A stretch of DNA of 62,156 bases, the filler included, from Hausera hauseri (taxonomy: Eukaryota), in the NCBI GenBank assembly GCA_046269625.1. It is 10 parts of 10 records of this genome, joined end to end, with 100 filler letters (N's around TTAATTAATTAA, not from the genome) between each part and the next. Parts side by side here need not be neighbours in the genome. Positions count along the whole stretch, not along the records: positions 1 to 4,391 come from JBJURY010604888.1; positions 4,492 to 11,201 come from JBJURY010073105.1; positions 11,302 to 17,717 come from JBJURY010102876.1; 7 more parts are not named here. One strand, 5' to 3'. The notes beneath the pieces were generated by a model. It did no database searches. It was not told the origin of the DNA and saw nothing but the letters and a program-made list of their open reading frames with translations. The position numbers and the translations under genes were made by a program. Below, one piece after another: positions 1 through 12,682 of this stretch (positions within the stretch are counted from its first letter, which is position 1; every line of letters begins with the position of its first letter).

Positions 1-937
1 ATTTTGCTTATACATCTCAACGAAATCTGCATTCTTGCCCAAAATGATATAATTCACATTGCTATGGGTAAACGTTTCTGAATCGGTGATATAACTGCCG
101 GTTTGTTGAGTAGTCGTTTGAAATGTAACAAGCACCAATTTCGGAAATCGTATATCACCAAACAGCACATCCTTATAGAACGATGTCGAACCTTTGAGTA
201 TGGTGTAAAACACAAGTTCTGTGCATTGTAATGGATAACAGGCGTTTTGTGTTTCCAAACCCAATCGATGTTCCATGAGCAAAGATGGTTCTACCTTTAC
301 TCTAAGAACGTGTAATCGTGCCTCAGTAATTTTCAGTATGGGTTTGAGATTTGCAACTGCAATTTTCACTCAAAAGACGCTGCTGCTGCGTTTGAGTCGA
401 ATCATGGTTTTAACACCAAGCAGTAGGTATTTCAGCTAATTGAAAAGTCAAAATACAGCGGTCCATACATTGTAAATGCTCTTGATTTTGCCACCCATGC
501 CGGTCGGTTTGCCGCTGTGGCATCGTATCCTATGGTTCTCGTCAAATGAGTCGTTTTCGTGTCTGTACTGTTATTCAGAGCCGTTTCAGTTAGTGTTTTG
601 ATACTGTATAGACTGGTGTTGCCTACGATTTTGAGGCTGTTTAGAGTCCGTGAAGCCTTCTGGAACAGTTTGAGGAAAATATAATTGGCCGGTGTGACGA
701 TATCTGTTGCAGCGAGAACCGTTGATACACCCTTTTTAACAATGAGTTTTGCATACAGTAGCATATCGTTTAAATCGAGATATTCATTGTTCGATCCTTT
801 ATACTGAATTAAATGTCAATGTTATCGGCCGTTGAAAGAGAATCAACGGGGTAGATTTCCTCAAATTCTGCATTGTCAATAACGACTTGCGGTGCGGCTT
901 TGTTAAAGATACACAATTCAGATTTTGCAGATGCCAC
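1..937 (-). pseudogene. Polinton-type double jelly-roll major capsid protein (hexon-like), frameshifted, runs off window edge
   Basis: Starts (G)TG-ASAKSEL; contains EYLDLNDMLLYAKLIV, MYGPLYFDF and LKPILKITEARLHV; reverse-complement homologue of 26034-27264. Confidence 0.85.
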
Positions 938-939
938 TT

Positions 940-1287
940 CGTACGACGATGACGTTTGTTTATAGTTGAAAAGCTTGATAATATTCTACGTCGTTTTCTC
1001 AAGCCACTGTCAGTGAAATGTTTTTGGACTGATTCAACGACTCCCGCTGCAGCGCTTTTTATTTCTGCCAAGGTGTTTTCCTTTAACGATGGCAGAACCT
1101 ATTTGTTTTCATGTAGCACATCCTGTGCTATTTTTGCTGCCACGGCTTCAAATCGTTTCAATACCGTAAATGCTAAACGTGCCAATGTACGCAACCATCC
1201 AAAACCGTACTGTTTACCAACGAAATACGGAAGTTCACCGCCCTGCTGAGGTTTACCGCAAATGGAAACGAGTTCAGAATCAATCAT
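940..1287 (-). pseudogene. Polinton core/membrane-active protein (PM / pVII-pX-like) upstream of MCP, one internal stop at 1099
   Basis: QQGGELPYFVGKQYGFGWLRTLARLAF matches the QxGxG..F.G..QxGxG amphipathic motif of the small gene preceding Maverick MCP; basic C-terminus; intact homologue at 25667-26026. Confidence 0.75.
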
Positions 1288-2325
1288 ATTTTTGTCGGAG
1301 ATGAAGCTTTAAACTGGTTTTGGGACCGTACAGAAATTCAGTAAAGTAGCCCGCGTCACATCTGATATTCACTTCAACATTGTTTATAGATGTAGATTCT
1401 ACAGGTATGTACACTGGATTATCGACCTTGATAGTGACACTGTCATCAGCAATATACATGTTACTTTCCAGACAGATTGCACGGGGTAGCGATACACGTA
1501 CTCCACCAACCAAAATTGGTTCGACGAGATTCGTGTAAATGTACATTTGATGTAGAACATTTTTCAGTTTTTGTGTCGCAACATGTGTCTTATTGGACTC
1601 AAACCGTTGTTTTTCAAAACCAGTTACCACAGCCAAAGCTTCGTCAAATGAAATTTCCACAACACCCTTGTTAAGTTCGAATGTGACGTATGTATTTGTA
1701 TATGGCGTAAAAATGTAAATACATCTTTGTACCTTTTATCAGAAAAGTGTTCACAGAGATCGACTAAACATTTACAATAGACATTATTGTCAATTTCGAT
1801 AAATGTATCATACACCGCTATTATATTTTATCCGCTAAAAGTAACGGTCACAAATATTCTTGGGTATGTATTTTGCACAGTGGCATCATCAGCAGAAATA
1901 TGTATACCTCTGATTTATGTAGTTTTGAATCCGAAAGTTTTCGCCATTTGAAAGGATTCGAAGTGGACAGTAAATTCACTTTTGTCCTCAAAGTGTAATT
2001 GGCCACATTTTAGCACAACACAGATTCTGTTGTCTTTCGTACCCTTATTAAATTCGCTCGTGCAAACAAGTAAAGGGTCTGGTCCACAGTTTATTATCTT
2101 CAATTGGTAGATAACATAATTCATTTGCCGTGACACAGTGAGTTAAATGCAATTTATTTTCATACCACTTTTCAATGTCACTGGTACGTAGGGAAAGTTA
2201 TATTCCGTCAGTAAAACTTCACATTGGCCGAATAAATCCAACGAATTGAACCAATCTACAACGTATTGACTGGCCGAGTCGTAGGACAATTGTTGCTCGG
2301 TAACACCATGCAGACACTATTCAAT
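1280..2325 (-). pseudogene. Minor capsid protein (penton-like, single jelly roll), fragmented
   Basis: N-terminal MVLPSN..SQYVVDWFNSLDLFGQCEVLLTEYNFP and C-terminal MYIYTNLVEPILVGG..NPVYIPV..NNVEVNI..LKLHLR match Polinton penton motifs. Confidence 0.8.
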
Positions 2326-2355
2326 GATGATAATGATGATGATACAGTTTGTTTA

Positions 2356-3225
2356 TTATCGACGTGGAAGATGTAGCGTCAAATTTGTTGTTGACCTGAA
2401 CAGAAATTTAATGGGCTTCCAAAATTCATCTAGCATGTGCACTGAAATACTATGCACAACTTTGTGAGATAAAGATAAATACATAGACCGGATGATATTA
2501 ATGTGAAATGTTTCGTCGAGTGTTTTTTACGTGTCAGAATCCAGTGTAATAGAAGCAAGTAGTTTTTTGCGTTCTCCATCAACAAATACAGGTTAGGTCC
2601 GATCCGTTAATATGTTGATTTCATGAAATACTCCATACAGTCGTGGTTTTTGTATTTAGTAACAATAGCTCGACCGCCACCGATATAACCGAATTCTTGT
2701 TTTGTAAAACTCAGATTCTGTGCCAATAGTTCATCAAAAGCAAAATATGTAACATTTTCATGTAGTATAAATGGAATACGACCATCGACGTTTAATTCAT
2801 ATGTCTTTAGAGCCAATTTAGCCACTTCCCTGGTGGATGCACACAATTCTGTTTCTGATTCCAACAGTAAACTGTATCCCGTAGTATACGTGTAAAATAT
2901 AGATTTTGTCATTTGTCAGTTCACTGTAATAACGGTTTTCATGTTTTCGGAAAAGTTCAATTTTTTAGTAGTGATGAAATGTCCACCTAGCTGAAAACCC
3001 TTCGAACGCACATTGACAGATTGAAAACCCCATGCCTCAGCATCATCTATGGATTTAAATTGCCATTCAATCGGATGTCGGTGTTTTAGTACCAAACGAT
3101 TGTTTAAATAAAAAGTATAAATTGTGAAATATTGCCGCGTATAATTGCGAACATGAAACGTTCGCTTAGAATCTCGGATTAACTGCAAACGACTTGAAAG
3201 TATGGGAAAATTGGAAGTCTGCCTC
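2356..3225 (-). pseudogene. Second, divergent minor-capsid (penton-like) paralogue, 5'-truncated
   Basis: Reading 2356-2625 through two stops gives HEINILTDRT*PVFVDGERKKLLASITL..MYLSL..HSISVHMLDE..IKF..TNLTLHL, colinear with the C-terminus of the 1280-1660 ORF. Confidence 0.65.
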
Positions 3226-3230
3226 GTCCC

Positions 3231-3520
3231 GGGGGGTGCGAATCAACAGATCAATTTTGCACATGTGTCAGTCGATAGTGCACAATGTGCACTATCGATC
3301 GGTAGTGTGCTAGGCGACGGTGCCGTTAGGCACTGTTGCAAAAAACATTTTTGCACATTTGACAAATCAATAACTGCACATTGCACAATTGATCGAGTCG
3401 ATCGGAACAAAGTGCTAATCGATAGTGTACATTAGTGCACAGCGATTCGTGCACTGCGCAGGTGTGCAGCACATGTGCAACTGTGCAAAAATGAATAATA
3501 TTGGATTTCCGATATTTCCA
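3231..3520. repeat. G-run-capped, palindrome-rich block of the Polinton-like element
   Basis: GGGGGG at 3231-3236; perfect 13-bp inverted repeat TCGATAGTGCACA-A-TGTGCACTATCGA at 3272-3298; many GCACATGTGC, TGCA and ATCGAT palindromes; homologues at 24330-24540, 24780-25071 (reverse) and 47105-47260. Confidence 0.8.
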
Positions 3521-3669
3521 ATATTTATGATTAGGACATGGCACTGGGTGAATTCGAACACAAACACGGTGCAGTATATTAATTAGTTTTCGAATAATAT
3601 GGACCCAAATTGCAACTGAAACAAACTTCCCATGGGTTTTATTTTCACCTAGCACTCATAATTTGATAT

Positions 3670-4095
3670 TATAATTAGCGGAGACAGATAGGAAATCCAC
3701 TCTGGCGATCTCGAATCTCAAGTCAGATATTCGAAATTTGAATATTTTTGAGCTCGAATATCGAAGTTCGAACTATTCGAAAAATCTAACAACGGCAGTC
3801 GATTCCTCATATATAAAACCCCCTTTTGCATTAAACGTATTCCATGAAAATATGCTATATAGATATAAAATCAATATTTAGAATTACGCAAAATGTGAAT
3901 TTAAAGCCCAGTGAAGCGGAAATCGAGAAATCTAATAGCGGGACTGGATAGGAAGTCATGTATACTGAACTGGAATATGATGTTAGGTATTCAAAGTCGA
4001 GCATTCAAGTCGAATATTTAGCTATTCGAACTCGAATTTTCGGTCAAACATACATTACTCGAAGAATCTGATCATTCCATTCGATTGGCCATGGC
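3670..4095. repeat. Two diverged tandem ~230-bp TTCGAA-rich units
   Basis: Units begin near GATAGGAAATCC (3687) and GATAGGAAGTCA (3947); reverse homologues at ~23760-24160 and a single unit at ~47415-47585. Confidence 0.65.
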
Positions 4096-4235
4096 CGAAA
4101 ACATTACATTTGGTGCCAACATTTATTTAATTTAATTGATTCATTAAAACAAAAGTGCATTAAACCAATCAATAAGCTAGGCAGTACGTGGTGATATGGC
4201 AATAATTTGCATTACTTCCAAAATCACTTCAACGA

Positions 4236-4391
4236 ATGGTGAGTTTTTAATTGTGCTCCTCAAATAATTGGTTGATTTTCAGATGTGCAAAATTTACAGC
4301 GAATGTTTGGCTCAAATCCACGGGCCGAAAAATTGCCACAGTGTTATGAAGAATTACTTTGGCCATGCGTACAACAGGGTTCAGTATTATA
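4236..4391 (+). CDS. 5' end of a spliced viral gene (ATG micro-exon, 44-nt intron, Cys/His-rich exon); probable zinc-finger leader upstream of pPolB
   Basis: ATG|GTGAGT (4239) ... TTTTCAG| (4282) then MCKIYSECLAQIHGPKNCHSVMKNYFGHAYNRVQYY; same structure at 47836-48090. Confidence 0.55.
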
Positions 4392-4491
4392 NNNNNNNNN
4401 NNNNNNNNNNNNNNNNNNNNNNNNNNNNNNNNNNNTTAATTAATTAANNNNNNNNNNNNNNNNNNNNNNNNNNNNNNNNNNNNNNNNNNNN
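4392..4491. other. Artificial contig spacer (N44-TTAATTAATTAA-N44); the same spacer occurs at 11202-11301, 17718-17817, 23390-23489, 29287-29386, 36927-37026, 41118-41217, 46197-46296 and 53744-53843
   Basis: Nine identical 100-nt N blocks with a central all-frame-stop palindrome, giving ten independent contigs. Confidence 0.98.
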
Positions 4492-7400
4492 GAGGATTCT
4501 TCTGCCATCTGTTCGCTTCTGGATGCAATTTTCCTAATACCATTATTATTACGGTTTGTGCTTGTTCTAATTGCCTTCTTTTTATATGGATTATATTTCT
4601 ATCAATGACTTTTCCTTTACTCAGCCGTTCTAGTTAATACGCATGTTTTCCCAGCATTTAACGATTTTTTGTACGGATCATCGTACCTAGGTTGGTGAAT
4701 TTCTTTTGTTTTGGGGAGTATTCTAGTCATTACTGTGTCCCCGATTGACATATAGCTTATTTCTCTTCCTTCTTTAAACAGACACGCCTTTACTTTCTCT
4801 CGAATGCATTGTCCAATTTCACGTTGTTGTTTATTCAGATCAATAACTTAATCGCTCACTAACCTTAGTTTTTGCTAACCAATTCTTTCTTGAGAATAAA
4901 TCGATCTTATCATCCGTCCGTACTTCAAACGATGAGAAACCAGTACTTTGGCTAACTGTACTTCTGAGGCTAAATTCAGTAATGGAGATCACTTCGTCCC
5001 AGTCGCAACCCGATGATCGACATGTAGCAAACAGCATCTTTTTGACGGTACCAAATAGTCTTTTCACAACACCATCGCCTTGTGAATAATATGGGAAAAT
5101 CATCGATTTTCTGACTCACAGAGTCTTACATAATTCCTTCATGATTTCATTCTCATATGAAGTGTCTCGATCAGAGTGAATCTGAGTTGGAATCCCAAAA
5201 ACCGAAGTCCACTCTGAAAAAGCTTCTTTATATTTTTCCATATTTTTCAGTGGGGTTAACATTGGTAAGTTCGAGTAACTTTTTGTGCTTCGTTTCCACC
5301 AAAGGTTCTATGGTGTATATGGATATCATTTCAAACGGATACCCAGCACTGAACGATCCCGGTTTGTTTTCGTTCCAAACATTACTGGCATTTTGTGACT
5401 CCTAGTTTCACGTCAAAGCTCACTTCAGGCCAGTAGAACGTCTGCTGTAGTAAAACAGTTGTTCACACCAATGTGTCCGTGGAACATGTGAGCCTGACCA
5501 ATGACATCTTGCCGCCTACCCATAGACAATATTAATTTATAATCGTCTTTTCGTATCATATGTAGAAGACCTCTAATTCTAAGGTCCTTCCGCTTTACAC
5601 AATATTTTTCGGCCGTTTGAAGTTCTATTGGATATTCCTCATCCAATGTGTTTTCTTTCATCAGTTTAAGAATTAAGTCTAGATTTTCATCTCCTGATCC
5701 ATGCCTTCTTCTTTCTGCATTATACGGCGACAGTGTATAATTATTGCCTTATCGTTCGAGCTATCATCATATGTTACATTTCTTTTAACTTTAGGCTCGT
5801 TGTGGCTCATTATGCATTTTGACACTTCGGGTGCTCTGGACAGGATATCCATATTCCTGTGTTCTTCTCTCTTCATGTACTGAACGGCCATGTTGCGCAT
5901 ACTGTTAGACATTCACTAAATTAGCTTGTTCGAGGGCTCTTTTTGGTGAGCATCCATATTAATGATTTGTGGTCTATTCTTATAACGAATTTCCTATCAA
6001 AAAGGTAGTGTTTGAACATCATAGCATACTTGTAAACGCTTAACAGTTTTTTTCGTGTTAAACAATAATGTTGTTCTGTCTTTAATAGCCTGTGCGAAGC
6101 AAAAGCAATAACTCGTTCCTTTCCTGATTTAATTTGGGAGAGAACTTCCCTTATTGTGTTATCTGATGCGTCCGTGTCCAAGACAAAAAGTCTTTGCTGT
6201 TTGGTATTGATAGGACTGGCGCTGTGGTCAATTGCGTTGTTAGACATCTGTAAGCCTCATCCATTTACCTGACCGTTGCAATTGATGTTATTTTCTAGAG
6301 GATTTTCTATTCCATATCTCTCTACAGGCTCCTTCCAATGGTAATACTATTTTGGTACAGTCGCGAATATAGTTCCTATATTAGACACATGGACAGAAAT
6401 TTTCTCACTTCCTCTTGGGTCTGTAGATTGGGTGAATTTTGGATACACATAATCTTTTCAATGTCTGTCGATATACGTTGATATGATATGCGGTGATCAA
6501 GGTATCGCACATTCTCTTTCAAAAATTCGCATTTCGACAGTGAGACATTTTCAACCCAGCATCCATAACTTTCTTGAGAACTCTCCGTAACCTGCCACTG
6601 TGTTCTTCTTTTGATTTCCCAAATACCAAAACGTCATCTAAATAAATTATTCATTCTTTCCACTCTTTATCTTTGAGAATCAATTTCATGGCTTATTGAA
6701 AAATGGCGGACATTGCTGCCAAGCCAATGGGCATGCGCAGAAATTCCTAGTAGCCTCTTTTGTACTAAAAGCAGTTTTTTCTCTATCTACCTCAGCTAGG
6801 GGAATATTATAATATCCAGCGGCCAGATCAATGGTGCTACAATATTTCGAATTTGCCAGTGTATATAATAATTGCTGAGTGTTTGAAATAGGAAATGCTG
6901 GAGTTTGTTTTCTTATTTAGAGCACAGAAATCCACTGTTAACGGAGTATCCCCAAATTTCTTCGATACAACGATTAGTGGAGCATTCCATTTTGAGTCAC
7001 TCGGTTGTGTGACTTTTCTTTTTAATAATTCCTGAATAAAATCATCAACCTTTTCCTGAAAAGCCACAGGGATTCCTCTTGCGGGTTCATTAATAGGGGT
7101 TTTCTCCCTCAGTTCAATCTTATACTCAATGTAATTTGTTAATCCTATATTGTACTTTGGTAAGCTGAACACGTCCTTAACATCTCTAATAATGTTCACA
7201 ACTTTGTCTACTAAATCACCTCCTTTCAATACTATATTATCAACTATGGTTCTCTCCGAGACCTCAGCTTCTATTATATTACGGATCTGACAAGGCTCAC
7301 ACTGCTCCCGACCCTCAAAACTGCCTATCTAGTTTAAGTGTTTTGTTGGAATTAGCGTCTCAACAACGATACTTGATACGAATGGAAGAAATATTCCTCC

Positions 7401-8790
7401 CTTTTATGTAATTAGACATTAATATCCAAACTCTTCATTCCTCGTATTCCTAAAAGAATATCCGGACACAAGTCGTTGAAAATAATAAATTTGCAGTTTC
7501 TCCTGTTAACCCCAATATCCACTGTATGGCACACTTTGGATTTCATTGCTATTGTAAATCCATCTGCACATTTAACTTCCTTCTTGTACCTCATTATCTT
7601 CACAGTCAAATCCGAGTTTTTGATCTTGGTTATTACGTGTCTACTAATTGTGTTAACCTTTGCACAAGAATCTAACAGAATTGCTTCTTTAACCATATTT
7701 ATCTTTGCATGACACATTGGTTTGTTGTTCCTCTTTTTCGCCGGTTTGGAACTGCTTGCCACATTTTCTTTCCGACTAGGAGGTTTTGTATGTCTAATCC
7801 TGATCCCATTCTCTTGTTAACTCTTTGAGTCCTCACTGTTCACTTTTTTATTTCGGTTACTAGATATAAATTAACTTCACTAGAACTCTCCTCAGATCTA
7901 ATGGATTCGCTTTTCACTATTTGTTGTACCAACGAAGTACAGTGATTTCCTTTTTTCCAGCCTATAGAACATACTACATGTCCCTTCTGTTTACAAAGTC
8001 GAAAGAATTTGTTCTTTCTGCAATCTTTTAATAAATGATTCTTACTGTTTCAATTCCAATACTCAAACCGTTTGTTACCTCCATTTCGTGTTAGATCTGC
8101 ATCTCTGTTGATTTCCTTTTTGTAATCTTCACACTATTTTGACAGTTGCTCGATGAGTTTCTTTAATCCAGAAATTTCCAACCTCAACAATTTTACCTCA
8201 TCTTCCATCGACACATTTAATATGCGTAAGCTATCCGAGGAGTCAACTTCTTTTTTATCACATCGTAGGCATTATTCACTGTTTTCGGTTATAGAATCAA
8301 CAATGTCTTAGCCGTTTCGTTTGATAGGCCGTTGATAAATACTTGAAGCGCCTTTGGTTCCCTTTCATCTGATGTAAGTTCCGGCATCTCTTTGTAACAC
8401 TGAATCCTTACTTCGCTCATAAATTGCTGGATACTTTGACCATCATTCTGTTTCATATTAAATAATTTCATCAAAGTGGAAACGGCAGATTTCTTAACAC
8501 CGTATAAGTTCAGGAAAGTTTCCTTTATCTAGCTATACTTTGCATAATTTTCGCTGAAACCATAATGAGACATTAACAAACATCTTACTTCAGTCTCTAA
8601 ATAATCCATAATCATCGAGCATTTGACATGCTCATTGGAAATATTCATCTGTTTCATGAAGTTTTCCAAAGTATTCACGAACTGTTCTGCACCTTCGTCT
8701 CCCTCAAAGCATTTAGGATGTTTAACGGTTTCTCGTCTCAGAAGTTTCGACATAATAAATTCCAAAGAATTTGCCATTTGACACCAGTGT
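4492..8790 (-). mobile_element. Degenerate Ty3/Gypsy LTR retrotransposon (gag-PR-RT-RH-IN)
   Basis: Gag fragments 8289-8777; protease ILLDSCAKVNTIS 7412-7762; RT SKWNAPLIVVSKK..VDFCALN and YLDDVL; RNase H LDTDAS..VIAFASH; integrase YYSQGDGVVKR; many stops and frameshifts. Confidence 0.92.
8774..8786 (-). promoter_or_regulatory. Putative primer-binding site
   Basis: Minus strand reads ...ACAACA-C-TGGTGTCAAATGG, an LTR-like CA end followed by a TGG-initiated PBS directly upstream of gag. Confidence 0.6.
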
Positions 8791-9443
8791 TGTATTAAGG
8801 AACAATATTTATTTAAAAATCAAAAACAATTTGAATACTAAAACAAATGTTCAACAGTACTCAACATAGAATACTCGAAATAAATAATGTGACCTGTAAG
8901 TCTGTTATCATAATGTATTACAACTCTTCAAAAGAAAGTATAGACACATAAGATCAGCCAGTTAGGTGTTGACCTATAGCTATTTTTACAATATAGATAA
9001 ATGCCAACCTAAAATGCTGTTTTGGGCGAACTGTTTATTAATAAATGTCAATGATTTTGCATGCCATTTCTGTGCATGATAGGTGGTCGAACCACCATAT
9101 ATATACGTGTAACTAAAAGAGAAATAGACCATAATGAAAAATTAGTGAATAAATTTATAACACATTTTTTTGCTTTATTGAAAACACCATGAGTAAGTAT
9201 TTGTTTGATTATTATGTCGACCATTTTAAAAAGGAAAATAAATCGATAATCGTTTTGGTCATAAACCACTAGTAATATTATTCTTATAGATTTATTTGAC
9301 AATCGGGGTGTTACAGTTGGGGTGGCCCTTACCTTCTCCCACTATAACAATATTATTTCCAAATTTATTCGCTTTTCAGCAGGTTAGGATTACTCGTTCT
9401 CGAGTAATCTGCTGTGGCCTAATAAATTTAAATGATGTTATTA

Positions 9444-9966
9444 TGTAATGCTGGTTCTGCGTGCGGAATAAATGAATGTCTCAGTTTATAGATTCTCAAC
9501 TTAGCTATAAGATTTTAAGTCTGATTTTATCCTTAATGTAGTACAAATCGTCTTTAAGAGACGATGAAAATCTATAGATTTTAGAACACAACAATGATAA
9601 TAACCTTTATTCACCCACACACGAATATCAATAATGTCGATCACAAAGGAAATCAATAAGTCTTTAACGGAGAGTTGATAATTGCGAACCTAAGTCGCTA
9701 AATTGTTTCTCATATCTTCTCTTTTAACTTCTTATATAGTAGCAGGTATACATAACATAATATTTACAATGCATTAACTTCAATTTTCCAACATTTCAAA
9801 TAACTTTAACGCATTTACAAATAATTGGCAAGGAAATCTTCTAATACCACTTCCACAAATAACATTTACAATTCAATCTTTTGCTTTTAAATTTAGTTTA
9901 TTTTATAAATTGATTTCTCGTGCAATGTTTGTTCTCGTAATGTTTACTGTTAATCATTTTGCTACA
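9444..9966 (-). repeat. Possible solo LTR
   Basis: TGTA...TACA ends with internal TATA and AATAAA on the minus strand; no convincing target-site duplication. Confidence 0.3.
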
Positions 9967-11477
9967 CTATATATAAACTATAAATAAATTAAAATGTAAC
10001 TCAGAAAATATAAAACTCCACTTGGATTAAATCAAAAAATTTGTGAAAAAGCAGTTTTTGTGCAATACAAATAGTATTTATTGATTGTGCAAGTAAATGA
10101 GAAGAATATGGTAAATTCAGCTGAATTCATAGCTAACAGTATAAAAAATGTGAATTACAAAAAGAATAATTCAACAAATGCTTCACGCCATATACCGGCA
10201 TAAATATCACGAATCCAGGTAAAATACTGTGTTAATCCTGATTATTTGTGCTGTATCAAAAATTAATGAAAATTACCATATTCCTTTGGAAGAAATTTAA
10301 AATACAATTAATAAGCCTCAACGTAAAATAGTTTACAATTATCCAACCGATTGCCAATATATAAATTGGTTTAAATTTTCATAAATTATCATAAAGTAAA
10401 ATGAAATAATAGAAACCGAAAATTTAAATTTAAAAAAGTTGGACTAGGCTCAGAATATGTATTGTTTTCATGACATGTTTCGGCTTCAAGATTCATGATC
10501 ATATAATATACTGAAAGTGAATTGAATTCGCAACCTTAAATATGCGAAGAAACTATTGTGCAATATGCAGACAAACGCTAAAAATTGCAATGGAGAATTA
10601 AAAATTTGAAGCAAGCCTAAATCTTCCGCTTAGACATTCAAACTCGGCTTCAAATACTGTATCTTCAACGCTTCACGTCACACTTTCAAAATAATTATTA
10701 AAATTTTCAATTCACATATCAATTTTTTTACTTCAGTGAACACATTTCGAAATATGCCCATATATGGAGGAATTTCCACTCTGTTGCCCATTGCTGGTTT
10801 ATTGTTTTTGTTCTAAACCGTTTAACATTAAATTGAATTAAACCAGAAAACCTGTTTCTTGGGCGATTAGCCTTACCCCTAAGAAAGGTTTTCCATCTCC
10901 CAAGATCGCAGCCTAATTTTTTACCGGGGATTTAGTGACCATTATTTTATATTGCCAATCTCTGGCTTTTGCCCGACAATTTCCGCAAATTGGTTGATCA
11001 GCACTTCCTACAAGAAACTTTCCTTGAATTGGTTTATGACGTTCTGTGAATCTGAAGCAATCTTCATGGTATGAACGACCCATTGTGAGAATTGTGTAGT
11101 TTCACATACATGATTAATTCCACCATTTAATAAGAATCTGTAAAATCTCAACAAATTTTATTTCTTAAAAATTTAAAATTCAAATTCAATTATTCAATAA
11201 TNNNNNNNNNNNNNNNNNNNNNNNNNNNNNNNNNNNNNNNNNNNNTTAATTAATTAANNNNNNNNNNNNNNNNNNNNNNNNNNNNNNNNNNNNNNNNNNN
11301 NTTACTGATCTTCACCTCCTGCAAGTTTAAATAAAATATATGAAGTGATTCATGTCGTCTGCGACATGCCTCATTGTTTCAGACCTCAGCCAATCAGAGC
11401 TCGGGGTTATTTTCAGCCTCAGAGTTTATCTCTCTAAAACGAACTTTCCTGCTCTCTAACTGGCTTCTACTTTTCAG

Positions 11478-11620
11478 CTCGCTCCATCACGCTGATGCGT
11501 CAGCTGAAGGATGTGACAGTGACAGCCGGAGAGACGGCTACCTTCGAGTGTGAGCTCTCATATGAAGGCATCGAAGTGGAGTGGTTCGTTGGAGGACAGA
11601 AGATGGAAGCCAGCGACCGG
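11478..11620 (+). CDS. ttn: Vertebrate-type titin I-band Ig-domain exon (probably host or contaminant DNA)
   Basis: TTTTCAG| acceptor and |GTCAGT donor flank RSITLMRQLKDVTVTAGETATFECELSYEGIEVEWFVGGQKMEASDR, which I recognise as close to a vertebrate titin Ig repeat; GC content is much higher than the rest of the contig. Confidence 0.8.
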
Positions 11621-12682
11621 GTCAGTTACAGAGTTTATTACTCTTTATGGACAAGAACAGAACCAGAGTCAACTAGAGAAGTTTATTTCATTCATTTCAT
11701 TTTATTGCGATGAGAAATAATTCAAAGTTTTCCAAAAATACAATACTTATCATTCTAACACTATCAAATTATTTCCATTAGAAAACGCATAAAATATTCG
11801 ATGTTGATTTATTTTCATTACTAAAATAATAATTAACTATATAACCATAATTTAATCTAGTAGTGAACTATAACTTTGGACACGTAATTTTATAGGAAAA
11901 TTTTTTAAATGACTCACTTTCATTGGTATACTTGCACTTGTTAAATTCTATATATCTGGAAATATAAATATTATGAATGTCATATTTATGTAACAAAATC
12001 ATTTGAGAATTACTTCAATTTTACTTTTTCTTTTCCATATTGCAGACGTGCACTTATGTAAATAAATTTTGCTCTCAATGGTTAAATTAGCTCAGATGTT
12101 TTAAGTAATATATGGTAAGTTAAGCAAATTTTTTTACAATGCTCATTTTTATTCAGATTGAGATAGGTTCTGGCGAATTTTAAGCAGACTTTAAAAATGT
12201 AGGTCTTCTGGCAAGCCTGAGTCAGGTCACAATGCACAGTAACCAAGAATATCAATAGAGTTGGAGTTAAATTTAATTTATTTAATTTATTGAATGTTAT
12301 AAGTTATAAAAATAGTGTGTTCTTTTTACGTCACCCCATATTACTAACAAGATCTCTTGTGATAATTATGACAGTAATTATTAAAAGTTCACAATTGAAA
12401 GCATATTCATTTCGGGTGTTGTAACGGATATATATGTTCAGCATCTTCTTGTTGTTTGATCTGGAGTTTATAATGATATTTACCTTTATTTCTTATAATT
12501 GTAACAGACTCTTCAATCTACCTTAAGGTCCTACATACAAATCTCTCTCAAAATTTAAGTTTTATGAACTACAAATATTTTACTAATGTCGGATTTCCAG
12601 TTTGCTGTTTGTTACGTCAAAGTACAATGTATTCGTTTCATTATCAGTTACATCACTAATATTTCACCGTTTTATATAAATA

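Larger units (their letters stand above)
1..4391. mobile_element. Polinton/Maverick (adintovirus-like) endogenous virus fragment, copy A: virion module (-), control block, start of a spliced + strand gene
   Basis: Colinear MCP, core and minor-capsid genes homologous to 25119-27264; non-coding block homologous to 23720-25070 and 47105-48060. Confidence 0.85.

Noticed and set aside
3202-3655. Cys/His-rich ORFs over the palindrome block (also 24257-25213 and 47144-47507)
   Set aside because: Frames are not conserved between homologous copies; they are by-products of TGCA-rich non-coding repeats.
4436-4447. Recurrent TTAATTAATTAA palindrome as a biological repeat or array
   Set aside because: Always centred in a 100-nt N block; it is an artificial contig linker.
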